58,065 bases of DNA, from IMG/VR virus record IMGVR_UViG_3300027911_000015, positions 1 to 58,065 of that record. One strand, written 5' to 3'. Positions 1 through 10,209 of the stretch are shown piece by piece. This DNA comes from a virus (taxonomy: Duplodnaviria; Caudoviricetes). The notes under the pieces were generated by a model that saw only the letters and a program-made list of their open reading frames with translations, searched no databases and had not been told where the DNA came from. Numbering within the stretch: position 1 is the first letter of the stretch; every line of letters begins with the position of its first letter. The translations under genes and the position numbers were made by a program.

Positions 1-1652
1 CCAGTAGCACCCACCAGTCCACTATTAGGACCAACCCAGGCACCAGAGTTGTTTACAATCTGTGTTCCTGCAACATAGAAGCCTGCATTAGCCGTCACCG
101 TGCCTACTACGATAACATTACCTGTCTGTTTCACATTACCTGAAGAAGGAAGAGCATTGTTGGCAGTAGTGAATGCTGAGTTTGCTTGAAGAAAAGCAGC
201 AGCCGCATTATTCGTTACAGTCGTGATATTCGTATTCTGTGTAGCATCAACACCACCGATGAATGTATTCGCCGTGTCTGTATAAGTCTTAGCCGATGCC
301 AAAGTAGTAGAGTCGTTAGCCTGCAAGAAAGTGTTGGCTGTATCGGTATAAGACTTAGCCGAAGTCAATGTGGTAGAGTCATTACCTTGCAAGAAGGTAT
401 TTGCCGTGGCAATCAGTGTGTTCAGTGTGTTCGCTGCACTTGATGTAGCTGCATTGGCTGTGCTGGTCGATGTAAGTGAAGATGATAGGTTCAGAGCCAA
501 CAGAATCTTGGAGTAGCTAGCCGAACCCATATCCAGAATATCCCAGTAACCGCCAGCCTCATACCAGCGAATCGTAGCGTTGGCATTAGCACCACCTCCA
601 CGATACACATTGATTGTGCTGGTGATAGGAACGCCTGTGTTTGCTGAGATTGTGAATGCATTGCTGTTGTATACCGTAGTTCCGTTGATCTGGAAGTTTC
701 CACCAACCGTCAGGGCGCCGCTGATGACCGCCGAGTTCGCGGTGATGTTGTTAGCCTTGAATGTGGTTGCCAGCGATGCATCGAACGAGGTATTTACTAC
801 CTCATTGGTGCTGGTCATAGTTCCATTCACCGTGACATTGTTGTTGGCTGTCAGGTTATTGGTGAATGTGTTTCCTGTGACACTCAGAGTAGCCGTGTTG
901 ACCACTGAGTTTGCTTGCATCGTTCCAGCGAATGCTGTTCCTGTGACACTCAGCGTTGTGGTGTTCATTGCCGCATTGGCTTGGACATTGTTTGCTGTGA
1001 CCGTGACAGACAGTACGCCCGTGTTGGACACAAACGAACCTGCCGTGAGTGCCGTAGTGATCGTGGCAGTTCCATTGGAAACCAGATTTCCGACCCACGA
1101 GTTCTGAAGAATATTGATTGTATTGCCGCTGATATTGTATGATACGACAACATTGTTTGCCGTAGCATTACCAACTACCGTTGAGTTACCGCCAGCATAT
1201 GTGTTACCGATAACCGTCGTATTTCCGCTTACAGTGACATTACCACTGATCGTTTCATTACCACCAATCGTCACATTACCGCCAACGATTGTATTGTTAG
1301 ATACATTCAGACCAGTTCCGCTTGCGAGTGCAAGAATGACGCCGCCAACATTGATTTGACCTGATGCAGTAAGACTGAGTGCAGTGTTCGTGAAGTAGAC
1401 TTGCTTGTCCACTTGCATGTTGTTCTGAACATAGACAGATGAACCGACACCGGCGACCGACAGTTGACCAGCAACCGTGGCATTGTTAGCAACCGACAGA
1501 CCCAGTGTTGGGTCATTCAGATACAGTGTGCCGGTTGGCTTGATGTAGTTGTTTGCTGCGATATCGTTGTTTTCCTTGGCGAGCGCATTGATAGTGACCA
1601 TCTGGTCACCAAATGTGTTCGCATAGGAAAGAATCGTTACGGTGTTGGACAT
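1..1652 (-). CDS. Tail fibre-like structural protein (runs off the window start; missing from the ORF track)
   Basis: Manual translation from ATG at 1652 (TAATG overlap with upstream stop): MSNTVTILSYANTFGDQ... Open to the window edge, N/T/G/V-rich, GNxTxx repeats, TANTFLQxNDSTTL repeats, ends ...GLVGATG. Confidence 0.85.
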   Translation of the reverse strand, partial: MSNTVTILSYANTFGDQMVTINALAKENNDIAANNYIKPTGTLYLNDPTLGLSVANNATVAGQLSVAGVGSSVYVQNNMQVDKQVYFTNTALSLTASGQINVGGVILALASGTGLNVSNNTIVGGNVTIGGNETISGNVTVSGNTTVIGNTYAGGNSTVVGNATANNVVVSYNISGNTINILQNSWVGNLVSNGTATITTALTAGSFVSNTGVLSVTVTANNVQANAAMNTTTLSVTGTAFAGTMQANSVVNTATLSVTGNTFTNNLTANNNVTVNGTMTSTNEVVNTSFDASLATTFKANNITANSAVISGALTVGGNFQINGTTVYNSNAFTISANTGVPITSTINVYRGGGANANATIRWYEAGGYWDILDMGSASYSKILLALNLSSSLTSTSTANAATSSAANTLNTLIATANTFLQGNDSTTLTSAKSYTDTANTFLQANDSTTLASAKTYTDTANTFIGGVDATQNTNITTVTNNAAAAFLQANSAFTTANNALPSSGNVKQTGNVIVVGTVTANAGFYVAGTQIVNNSGAWVGPNSGLVGAT

Positions 1653-1885
1653 TATTCAGCCGCCTTTTGTGCTAGTAGTTGCTGGAGAAGGGCTTTGATA
1701 GTAACCACATCGCCTCTGATAGAAGCAACCTCATCCCGCACCTTATTTAGATCGTCTTTTTGCATCTTCAGAACTCTTTGCTTCGCCAAGTATTCTTCTT
1801 TGGCAACAGGATCTACATTAGATAGACCCATTGATTTGATATCACGGACGAAGGGGGTTCCCTCTACCTTTACGAAGTTGTTCAT
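1652..1885 (-). CDS. Small coiled-coil virion-region protein
   Basis: 77 aa; VKVEGTPFVRD N-terminus and heptad C-terminus; coupled to neighbours. Confidence 0.65.
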   Translation of the reverse strand: MNNFVKVEGTPFVRDIKSMGLSNVDPVAKEEYLAKQRVLKMQKDDLNKVRDEVASIRGDVVTIKALLQQLLAQKAAE

Positions 1886-1886
1886 A

Positions 1887-4800
1887 TTAGATTCCTGTGC
1901 CCGAAGGTAGTGCCAGTGCGCGCATATTTGTTAGAACTGGGACCATAGTGTTATCTGCGGTCGTCATAACAATTTTGAGAGCAAACTGGTTGAAGTTATT
2001 GAAGATCGTTCCTTGACTGTTTGTGTATGACACATTGTTATTTGCCACACCATTTACACCAGGTGCCGCTTCAAACTCAAGGAGATTGGTGCGATCTGTT
2101 GAGTAGCCGTTGGTGCCATTCACCAATGTCATCAGTTGCCATTGATTGGTTTCAAACGGTTGTGTATCATTACCCGCCTTCAACTTGTAGAACACATAGA
2201 TGTTCGTTCCCGAAGGACGATATGCTGTGAAGAACACGCGAAGGTCCTGTGAGTCGTTTCCTGGAGCCAGCGTCACCTTTTTCGTCAGATATCGGCAGAG
2301 AGCATTACCACCAGATGCCGAGAACTCCGACACCGCCACCACATTGGCACCAGAACCTGGCACCGTATTAGCATCTGAAATCGTGATCGTTGGTGCCTTC
2401 AGATATCCAGAACCACCAGTTGTGATTGAAACTGACTGAACAACACCGTTTGCCACGTTTGCCGTGGCGTATGCCTGGGTTCCACCAACAAGGTCAGGAG
2501 CCGAGATAGCAACCGTCGTATTGGAATTTGTAGAATCGTATCCTGTTCCACCGTTGACCAGTGTGATTACATTGTTAGACAGGCTCAGATTGTTGATGAT
2601 CCAGTCCAGATTGTATAGAGACATACCATCATCAGCAAGAACCGGCGACATTGTGTTATCTGTTGAACCCAGTGTTGCATACAGAACGAACGAGTTACTG
2701 CTGTTCGCTGTAAGTTGACGTGGACCCTTGCCATCTGCTAGATAGATATTGTCATATGTTGGCGAACCGTAGCGACCAGGAACAACAGGCAACTCTACGT
2801 CAGGAAGACCGGTCGATTGCAGTGTGGCTAGGAATGTATATGAAAGACTTGTTCCTGATGGAGAGAAGTCGGTCGTAGAGATATTGTATGCATCCGATTC
2901 TTTGTTTGCTCCTGTGACCTGCGAGACAGCCGCACTGACCAGTGTTGGATCATAGAATGCTGCCAAGTCCTGGTTACCCAACTTGCGGGTTGGGAGACCA
3001 TATGGAATCGTGAAAGCAATCTTCGGCGTCTTGGTCGTATCGAACACGCAGCGATCCAGAACGAACATCAGAGATTCGGCTTGGTTGGCTGTCCAAGTGA
3101 TCGAGTTCTGTGATTCGAACAGAGCACCAATGTAAGGAGCCGTTCCAATCTTCGTGATAGCCGTTGGTGTAGGATCTGAAGGAAGATTCTTGACAGATGA
3201 AGAGATAGCCGTAGCATTCTGAGCAGCCGCATATAGTTCGTAGTCAGCCGACTGTGAGTGCAGCATGAATGCATACAGAACACCTGGCTGGATGTATACA
3301 GGAGCAGGGAATGTGAATAGTGTGGCCGATGTTGGATCCAGATAGTGAGGTGTTGCCGAAACATTCACTTGGTCAGGAGTCATTGTGACTACCGAGTTAT
3401 CCAGTGTATCACCATCAGGATATCCATTCAGTGTATGAACGATAGACAGTGTGATTGGAGCCATCGATGATGTTGGCTTGCTGGCGAAGAATAACTTCAG
3501 TGAGGCAAGGAAACATCCATTAGGATAGTTCTTCGCATCGATCATGAAGGTCTGCGCGATAGGATCGAATGGGTTCTGAACATTCAGTGTATTGATAAGG
3601 TTCGATTGCTTTGCTGTAGCCGTGAAGGTATTCTTGGCAGCCGAAACAGAAGGAGAGAAATCGCTTCCGCTTGTCTTGCTCACCAGAGAAGATGCCGTAA
3701 ATGTAGCCTCTGCCCATGTCGTAGCCGATGCACCACCGTCCGTAGGAACAAGGCGATTGTCCACACGGAACACGCGGTCGCCTGTCTTGAAGGTTGAGTC
3801 GGGTAGGTTGAAGATTGCGGTAAAGATACCGTTTTCGTTTGTGGACAGTGAAGGCAGTCCAGAGCCATTCTTGACAGCAAGAAGATAGCTGGTGGTTGTT
3901 CCTGTCAGACTATATGACGATGTGACTGTTGAGTTGGTCTTGCTGTTGAATCCGATAGACACATCAACAGGAGCATCCAGCGTAGCAAGACGAGTTGAAC
4001 CCACATAGCTCACCACATTTGCAGTGAATGTCTTCGTGATCTTTCCGACATTACCCTTGTTGTCCTGCGTGACTCTGGTCGATGTGATATTGATCTTGGC
4101 GCCGTTGTAATAGTTATCAACACTTGATGCGAGAGCCGATAGACCGACGACAGTAGCTCCATTGAAGTAGTTTCCGCCGCCTGGCATCGCATAGTCTGTT
4201 CCGGCTGCGGTTGGGAATGTAGCAGGAGGATTGCACAGGTCGAAATAGATTGGACCACCAACAGGATTTCCTGGTCCTGTAATCGTACATGCAACAGAGC
4301 CAGGTCCACCGAAGTTGTATCCTGCACATTTGACCGTGTGTGTTCCTTGTGTGACTGTGATATTCGCTGTTGCCGCAGAGCCATATGTTGGAGCATGGAG
4401 AACTTGGACACCATCAATATAGAAATAACCATCATTGTCGCAAGAACCGAAAATCTCATAGGTGCCTGTATATGGGAAATATACGCTCCACGTTGAAATG
4501 AAGTTCGAGCCAGGAGCAGCCACAGGAGTATTCCATACGCCGTGACCGTTCAGATAAGCACAGTAGTTACCATTGCTCTGGCGATACAGACTTACTGTGT
4601 TGGATGATACGTCAGTGAATGAACCACCGACAGACGAGATACCACCAGAAAGGTGCACCGCCTGGGTGCCAGTGGTCGTAAGTTGACCCATCGCCGTATT
4701 CGACACATAGTTTCCGCTAGAGTTGAATAGAGCATTGGAAACAACCGAGTTGGTTGTCGTGTTTGTAAGACCTGTGTGGAAATCTGATGCGATATAAAGT

Positions 4801-5141
4801 CTGGTATTACTGGTTCCTGGATAGTTGTAGACCGATACGACAGTGGCAAACGCCTGATACGCAGAAGCCTCGTTGTTATAGTAAACCAGAACGTCATCTT
4901 CCTTGAAAGTTCCCTTCACATTCTGAAGTTCCAGTACGTTAGGCGATGACATATACTTGTCAACATTGACACCATCGAACCAGGTCGAAACTGGTGTATT
5001 CACCTTCATACCCTTGGCACGAATGACCAACTGTTGCGCCCGGATATACGGTTGAATAGAAATGTCGGTGATGAAACCGTTCGACTGGCTGTATGATGAG
5101 CCGAGTTGTTGGTTTACACTAGGAACAGAGGACAATGACAT
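1887..5141 (-). CDS. Large virion structural protein, C-terminal part of DUF4815/VrlC-like family, with PA14-like beta-sandwich
   Basis: PYIRAQ..GMK, DPIAQTF..GCFLASLKLFF motifs; YTGTYEIFGSCDNDGYFYIDG PA14-like segment; GGSGY repeats. Confidence 0.75.
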   Translation of the reverse strand: MSLSSVPSVNQQLGSSYSQSNGFITDISIQPYIRAQQLVIRAKGMKVNTPVSTWFDGVNVDKYMSSPNVLELQNVKGTFKEDDVLVYYNNEASAYQAFATVVSVYNYPGTSNTRLYIASDFHTGLTNTTTNSVVSNALFNSSGNYVSNTAMGQLTTTGTQAVHLSGGISSVGGSFTDVSSNTVSLYRQSNGNYCAYLNGHGVWNTPVAAPGSNFISTWSVYFPYTGTYEIFGSCDNDGYFYIDGVQVLHAPTYGSAATANITVTQGTHTVKCAGYNFGGPGSVACTITGPGNPVGGPIYFDLCNPPATFPTAAGTDYAMPGGGNYFNGATVVGLSALASSVDNYYNGAKINITSTRVTQDNKGNVGKITKTFTANVVSYVGSTRLATLDAPVDVSIGFNSKTNSTVTSSYSLTGTTTSYLLAVKNGSGLPSLSTNENGIFTAIFNLPDSTFKTGDRVFRVDNRLVPTDGGASATTWAEATFTASSLVSKTSGSDFSPSVSAAKNTFTATAKQSNLINTLNVQNPFDPIAQTFMIDAKNYPNGCFLASLKLFFASKPTSSMAPITLSIVHTLNGYPDGDTLDNSVVTMTPDQVNVSATPHYLDPTSATLFTFPAPVYIQPGVLYAFMLHSQSADYELYAAAQNATAISSSVKNLPSDPTPTAITKIGTAPYIGALFESQNSITWTANQAESLMFVLDRCVFDTTKTPKIAFTIPYGLPTRKLGNQDLAAFYDPTLVSAAVSQVTGANKESDAYNISTTDFSPSGTSLSYTFLATLQSTGLPDVELPVVPGRYGSPTYDNIYLADGKGPRQLTANSSNSFVLYATLGSTDNTMSPVLADDGMSLYNLDWIINNLSLSNNVITLVNGGTGYDSTNSNTTVAISAPDLVGGTQAYATANVANGVVQSVSITTGGSGYLKAPTITISDANTVPGSGANVVAVSEFSASGGNALCRYLTKKVTLAPGNDSQDLRVFFTAYRPSGTNIYVFYKLKAGNDTQPFETNQWQLMTLVNGTNGYSTDRTNLLEFEAAPGVNGVANNNVSYTNSQGTIFNNFNQFALKIVMTTADNTMVPVLTNMRALALPSGTGI

Positions 5142-5159
5142 ATCATTACACCTTTACGA

Positions 5160-8100
5160 TTAGAACAACTTGATAGATACATTTCGTGTAGTCTGACCAC
5201 CACCAACTCCTGCCAGACCAGCAACCGTATTGATTAGGGCTGCGGCAGTGATAGGCTTGACAATAGGCTGAGTTCCTGGAACCGACTGCCAGTTTCCTAC
5301 ATTCAGAACAGACAGACTGTTGTTTGCTGTTTGTTGAACTTGTAGGTTAGGATCAGTAATGACCGTATCAGGAGCCTTCGAGTTATCAACCCAGTTATCC
5401 ATTGGAGGATTCAGTTCAACGATGCCTTGGAACACTGGGTTCGAGAATGGGTTCACCGAAACCGTATTCGAAGCCAACTGCTGAACCACCACATTCGCTG
5501 TTGTATATGGCAGCGTGAAATAGTTCGTTGCCTTGTTCACCGTATTTATCTGGAATCCCAAGGTCGATGGAGAAGTTGCCGAACGGTTCATCGTGCTAAC
5601 TACAGCCACGGAATGTAGAGGATAGTTCGAAACCGTCTGTGCTGCCGACATTGTGCGGTTCAGTCTGTCGATTGCCACTGAGAAGTCTGGGTTCGAAGTA
5701 TCAGCCGTTCCATATGAACTGAAGTCATCAACAAGAATACCATTCTTGAATCGGTTTAGACCATTCGCATCAGGAACTTGAAGTCCCTGCGTGTTCTGTT
5801 CCAGCGTATTCAGACTGGTGTAGTATTCAATGTTATTGATGCGTGTCTGAAGATCCGAAATGTCACTCATTGTCCAACGACGATGCTGAACCTTTTCCAC
5901 GCTAAGGTTAGGAACCACACCCTTAGGTGCTTCAGAAGGAATGAATGCTGTATATGGATCGTGACTTAGCTTGGCAAGAATCAGAGAACCATCTGGTGCC
6001 GCAGGGAAGGCTGGATTGACCGATGGATTACCCTGAACGACCAAGAAGTTCTTATCCTTATTCAGAACCAGCAAGTCCTTGCGAGCCAGATAGTAAGCAT
6101 AGTTACTTGTAAAGTTCGTCAGGTCCTGTGGAAGATACGTTCCCGTATCGTTCGTTGATGGACTTGCTGAGTAATCGAATGCGAATGTCGCCGTTCCATT
6201 TACACGGGTAGGTCTGAAGTCGATACAATCGCGCAGTTGATAGAAGTTACCACCCGAACTTGTGAAGGTAGGAATCTGTGTGTATAGTTCGTTGACATAC
6301 GACATAAGTGAGAAATAACCATCACCACCCGTATGCTTATAGAAGTCGAAAATCACCAACAGATTACCTTGTGGCACAGGCGCACCAGGGTTCAACGTCA
6401 AGAATGCGTGGTCGTAATGTGAGTCCTTCTGACCATTGTTGAATGTGTAGTTCGAAGTCACATCATAGGTTGGATCCGAAAGCATAGCAAGCGTAGGACC
6501 AGCCGAAGAAGACTTCGTATCAATAATCTGGACGATATCCTTCACATCAGAAACATATAGTGATTGGTGAACACCAACACCGACGATAGCAGCATTCTTG
6601 ATATACACTTGTCCATTCGTCAAGTCAACATAGGTATTCGATGCAATGATACCGTCAGGACCTGTGTTGGCGATGACTGCTGTGTTTCCTGATACCAGCG
6701 TCTTGAGTTTCAGAATGTGCTGGTTGTTATCAGCATTCAGAACATTCATCTTGGCGATGACTGTGACTGTCAGAGGAGCCTTATATTTCGTTGAGGTCAA
6801 TGTCAGGATTTCAGAGTGTGTTCCGGAGATAGCGATTGTATTTCCTGACGTACTCCAATCCATGATTGAACCAGGATTTCCGTTGTTCGCCACGTCACCT
6901 GTGCTTACGCAGATGATCGTGTAGTTCTGCTTTACTGAATCAGCAGACAGTGTTCCTGTTCCGCCTTCGAAGCTAACCACACCCTGTAGAGAAACAGGCA
7001 GCGTGACCGACAGAGAACCGCCCGAGAACGCCTTGTTACGGAAAACTTCAGTGGAGTTATAGAAACCACCACCCAGTGTGCTTATATATGGTTGACCGAT
7101 CTGGAATACGAGTTCAGGTGCCGATGAGTTTTCATAGATCGCATCACCTGTTGGGACACCGCCGACCTTACCTTCGTTGTCGATGTTAGCCCATGCAGCC
7201 AAGTTCGTCGTTCCGCTAGCCGTGTTAGCGATTGTTTCAACATCCTTCGTGCCGAAGTGGAGAACGAACTGCGATGTGGTATCTGGTGTGAACGAGAACG
7301 GCGTATCCACCGTCGCAACATGAGAAGCATAACTTACAATCCTACGAACGTCACCAGCAGAAGTTCCCGAAGTGATCGTTAGTGTTACGCCATAATATGC
7401 GTTGGCGACACCCGAGAATGTTCCGTTTGTATCATAGAAAGTGATTGTGTTTGCCGTTCCCGATGCCGCGTTCGATCCCAACGTATTCGTCGTAATATCA
7501 TATACGTATGCCTTATACACATATGATGCCGTGTTAGCATTCGAACCATAGTGGTCGAACACCAGTCCGCGGATGTATCCAGAACCAGCCAGTGTCGATG
7601 CGTAGGTCGTCGTATTCGTAGAAACGACCGAACCGTTAGCAACCGTGTGAAGATCCACTGGCATACCCGTGGTCACGTCGAACACACCATTCGCTGAGTT
7701 CACGAAGAAATAGTTACCGTAGTCGGTAAATACTGGGTTGTTATTCTGTGCTACTGTGTTGCGTGAGCGAGTATTCGTTAGCTTCAGAGTAGACTGGTTC
7801 TCAGCGCGGTAACCATGAACATACGCGATACCGCTACCGATATTCAGATCGTATAGTGTAGATGTGGTATTTGATGATGGGGTGATGCTGAAATCGTTGA
7901 CGATGTAATCGCCGTTCGTTTCGAAGGTTCTCTTGGCGAAGTAGTCATCGATGACACCGTACACCGAACCGTCCACCATCTTGGTAATGATGCCGTTCTC
8001 GATACGGACCAGTTCAACGAAACCATCATCGTCACCAAGAGACAATGGACGGCTTTCCAGCGTAAGGATAATCTGATATCTGTCAGCACCAGGCGCCTGA

Positions 8101-8804
8101 TAGTTCGACGCACCGATAGCTGGATCAAGCAGGGACGGGTCTCCGATGTAGTCTTGAATCGTTTCTGTGATATTCAGACCAACACGGGCACTAGGAACAT
8201 TGGTATACTTGGAAAGAATGGCTGTCTGTGGGTTGACCTGAACGAATGTTCCGTTGGAGATATTGATACCGTCTGCGCGAGTGTAGTTGGACGCGATGTA
8301 GAACACACCTTGGGCGATAGAAACTACAGAACTGGCGCCAGTAGAGGCACTAGGAACAGCCTGAACCGCAGCGTTCGAAAGCACATCATAGATGACCTGG
8401 TTGTCGGTGAAGTGTGTTCCTGATTGGTAGGACAGGATGAAGGTAGGAGGGTCTCCACCAGTGGCACCAGCATCCACGGCGATGACGCGGGCTACGATGG
8501 TTCCGGTAGAATCTGTGACAAGGCGACCCAGGAATGTCTGAACATTGATAGGAGAACCGTTATATACTGTATTCAACTTGACATAGAAGCAGTTTAGGTT
8601 GGTCGTGACTTGACCACCAGTAACAGGTGAGTTCTGCTTGAAGATGTTATCTGCGAACTTGGTGATTTGGTCCTGAAGAATCGTCTGACCTTGGGTCAAC
8701 TCGCGAGCCTGAACAGCGAAACCCGGCTTGTAGAGGATACGATAGAAGTTCTTCGTAGGGTCAAAGTCATCAAAATATGGGCTAGAACTGAAATCTAATG
8801 CCAT
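5160..8804 (-). CDS. Large virion structural protein, DUF4815/VrlC-like N-terminal part
   Basis: PYFDDFDPTKNFYRILYKPGFAVQARELTQ start; APGADRY; RWTMSDI..RINNIEYYTSL..RFKNGILVDDF. Confidence 0.8.
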   Translation of the reverse strand: MALDFSSSPYFDDFDPTKNFYRILYKPGFAVQARELTQGQTILQDQITKFADNIFKQNSPVTGGQVTTNLNCFYVKLNTVYNGSPINVQTFLGRLVTDSTGTIVARVIAVDAGATGGDPPTFILSYQSGTHFTDNQVIYDVLSNAAVQAVPSASTGASSVVSIAQGVFYIASNYTRADGINISNGTFVQVNPQTAILSKYTNVPSARVGLNITETIQDYIGDPSLLDPAIGASNYQAPGADRYQIILTLESRPLSLGDDDGFVELVRIENGIITKMVDGSVYGVIDDYFAKRTFETNGDYIVNDFSITPSSNTTSTLYDLNIGSGIAYVHGYRAENQSTLKLTNTRSRNTVAQNNNPVFTDYGNYFFVNSANGVFDVTTGMPVDLHTVANGSVVSTNTTTYASTLAGSGYIRGLVFDHYGSNANTASYVYKAYVYDITTNTLGSNAASGTANTITFYDTNGTFSGVANAYYGVTLTITSGTSAGDVRRIVSYASHVATVDTPFSFTPDTTSQFVLHFGTKDVETIANTASGTTNLAAWANIDNEGKVGGVPTGDAIYENSSAPELVFQIGQPYISTLGGGFYNSTEVFRNKAFSGGSLSVTLPVSLQGVVSFEGGTGTLSADSVKQNYTIICVSTGDVANNGNPGSIMDWSTSGNTIAISGTHSEILTLTSTKYKAPLTVTVIAKMNVLNADNNQHILKLKTLVSGNTAVIANTGPDGIIASNTYVDLTNGQVYIKNAAIVGVGVHQSLYVSDVKDIVQIIDTKSSSAGPTLAMLSDPTYDVTSNYTFNNGQKDSHYDHAFLTLNPGAPVPQGNLLVIFDFYKHTGGDGYFSLMSYVNELYTQIPTFTSSGGNFYQLRDCIDFRPTRVNGTATFAFDYSASPSTNDTGTYLPQDLTNFTSNYAYYLARKDLLVLNKDKNFLVVQGNPSVNPAFPAAPDGSLILAKLSHDPYTAFIPSEAPKGVVPNLSVEKVQHRRWTMSDISDLQTRINNIEYYTSLNTLEQNTQGLQVPDANGLNRFKNGILVDDFSSYGTADTSNPDFSVAIDRLNRTMSAAQTVSNYPLHSVAVVSTMNRSATSPSTLGFQINTVNKATNYFTLPYTTANVVVQQLASNTVSVNPFSNPVFQGIVELNPPMDNWVDNSKAPDTVITDPNLQVQQTANNSLSVLNVGNWQSVPGTQPIVKPITAAALINTVAGLAGVGGGQTTRNVSIKLF

Positions 8805-8817
8805 GTTAGTATCCTAA

Positions 8818-10197
8818 TCAGAATTGAAGGACAAAGCGGAACTGTTCAATACCACTAGCACTTCTCTGGACTCCTGGTCGGTTTTCAACGAATGTGATAT
8901 AACCAGAGAACAGATTGAATGATGGCGTGCTGATAGTCAATATGGTTCTCGCTGTTCCTGATGTATTTCCGAACACCAGTGCGTTTGTTGTTGGTTGTCC
9001 AGTGATATTTATGAGGCTCAGCACATTGGTTGCGAGATTGAAATCCAACACCGTCGCCATAAAGGTAGCGGTATTTAGTGAGGCTCCTTGGTAAATCGTT
9101 TCACCCGACACGAAGGCTCCAAAGCCCGATGATACTGTAAGGTCGGTTGAGGTCTTGTAGATTGCTCCGTTGGCCGGATTCGGTTCGTTCAGCTTGTCTG
9201 TCGGATTCACAAGAAGACCTACTTGGTGATAAGTCACGTCCGTAGGAACCACACCACCTTCACCATCAGTAAACTCCACCGAATACATGGCGTTGAAACA
9301 ACCAAGTTCCAGTGCAGGATCGAATCCGTGACCACCCACAGGAGACACAGGTGCCTTCAGAACGGCTCCTGAACCTGTAGACGAAACAACCGAAGCATTG
9401 GCATACGTAAAGTTTGTGCCTGGGTTCGTCACGATGATATCCGTGATGACTCCGTTGGCGATGACAGGGGAAGCAACCACACCTGTTCCATCACCAGTAA
9501 CAACGATGGAGATAACTGAGTTCGTTGGGTCATATCCAGAACCACCGTTCACCACGTTGATTACGTCAATGCTTCCGATACCGGCAGGTTGATTTAGTGG
9601 GTCAGGGAAGGCATCCGACGGTGACACTGGAAGCCAGTTGGTATCCATGAACTTGATCTTACGACCCGCATCAATCGTAAACGAGTATTTCCATTTGTAA
9701 CCATCAGGACCTTGATAGATATTGTTCGTTGAGTATGTGCCAGGTTCAAAGAACGGTTCTGATGTAGAAAGAGCGCCTTTGTTATTGCTCAGACACTTGA
9801 ATACCTGGTCATACTTGTTCTTGACATAGAAGTGGTTGATTAGAGAACCGTCTGGGTTCCTCTGAAACATATCCACATGGTCATCATACGCAAAGAATAC
9901 TGTGTTTGCTGCCCAGTCCACACGTTCAATGACAGGATTGATATCGTTTGTGGTGATCTTCTTGACCGCGAAGATGTTTTTCCATAGCTTTTTCAGAGAA
10001 TATGTGTCTTGTGTAGGAGCAGGAGGCGATGTATCAACTGGCCATGGGTCGACCGTAGCCAGAAAACAATATGGCAAACGAAGGGGAATCGTTGGTTCCG
10101 ACATTGCCACTGCCACAGGAGAAAAGTATTCCTGTTGAACCAGAGACAACTGTTCACCGAATGTAAGTAAATTTTGCGTTTGGGTTGCCGTTGGCAT
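8818..10197 (-). CDS. gp8: Baseplate wedge subunit (T4 gp8-like)
   Basis: FYVKN..VFKCLSNN, DGYKWKY, GGHGFDPALELG, C-terminal ENR..R...EQFRFVLQF; synteny. Confidence 0.8.
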   Translation of the reverse strand: MPTATQTQNLLTFGEQLSLVQQEYFSPVAVAMSEPTIPLRLPYCFLATVDPWPVDTSPPAPTQDTYSLKKLWKNIFAVKKITTNDINPVIERVDWAANTVFFAYDDHVDMFQRNPDGSLINHFYVKNKYDQVFKCLSNNKGALSTSEPFFEPGTYSTNNIYQGPDGYKWKYSFTIDAGRKIKFMDTNWLPVSPSDAFPDPLNQPAGIGSIDVINVVNGGSGYDPTNSVISIVVTGDGTGVVASPVIANGVITDIIVTNPGTNFTYANASVVSSTGSGAVLKAPVSPVGGHGFDPALELGCFNAMYSVEFTDGEGGVVPTDVTYHQVGLLVNPTDKLNEPNPANGAIYKTSTDLTVSSGFGAFVSGETIYQGASLNTATFMATVLDFNLATNVLSLINITGQPTTNALVFGNTSGTARTILTISTPSFNLFSGYITFVENRPGVQRSASGIEQFRFVLQF

Positions 10198-10209
10198 TAT
10201 ATCATCCTA

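Noticed and set aside
5142-5162. Stop-codon readthrough joining the two DUF4815-type halves
   Set aside because: Two in-frame TAA codons and a separate SD favour independent initiation.
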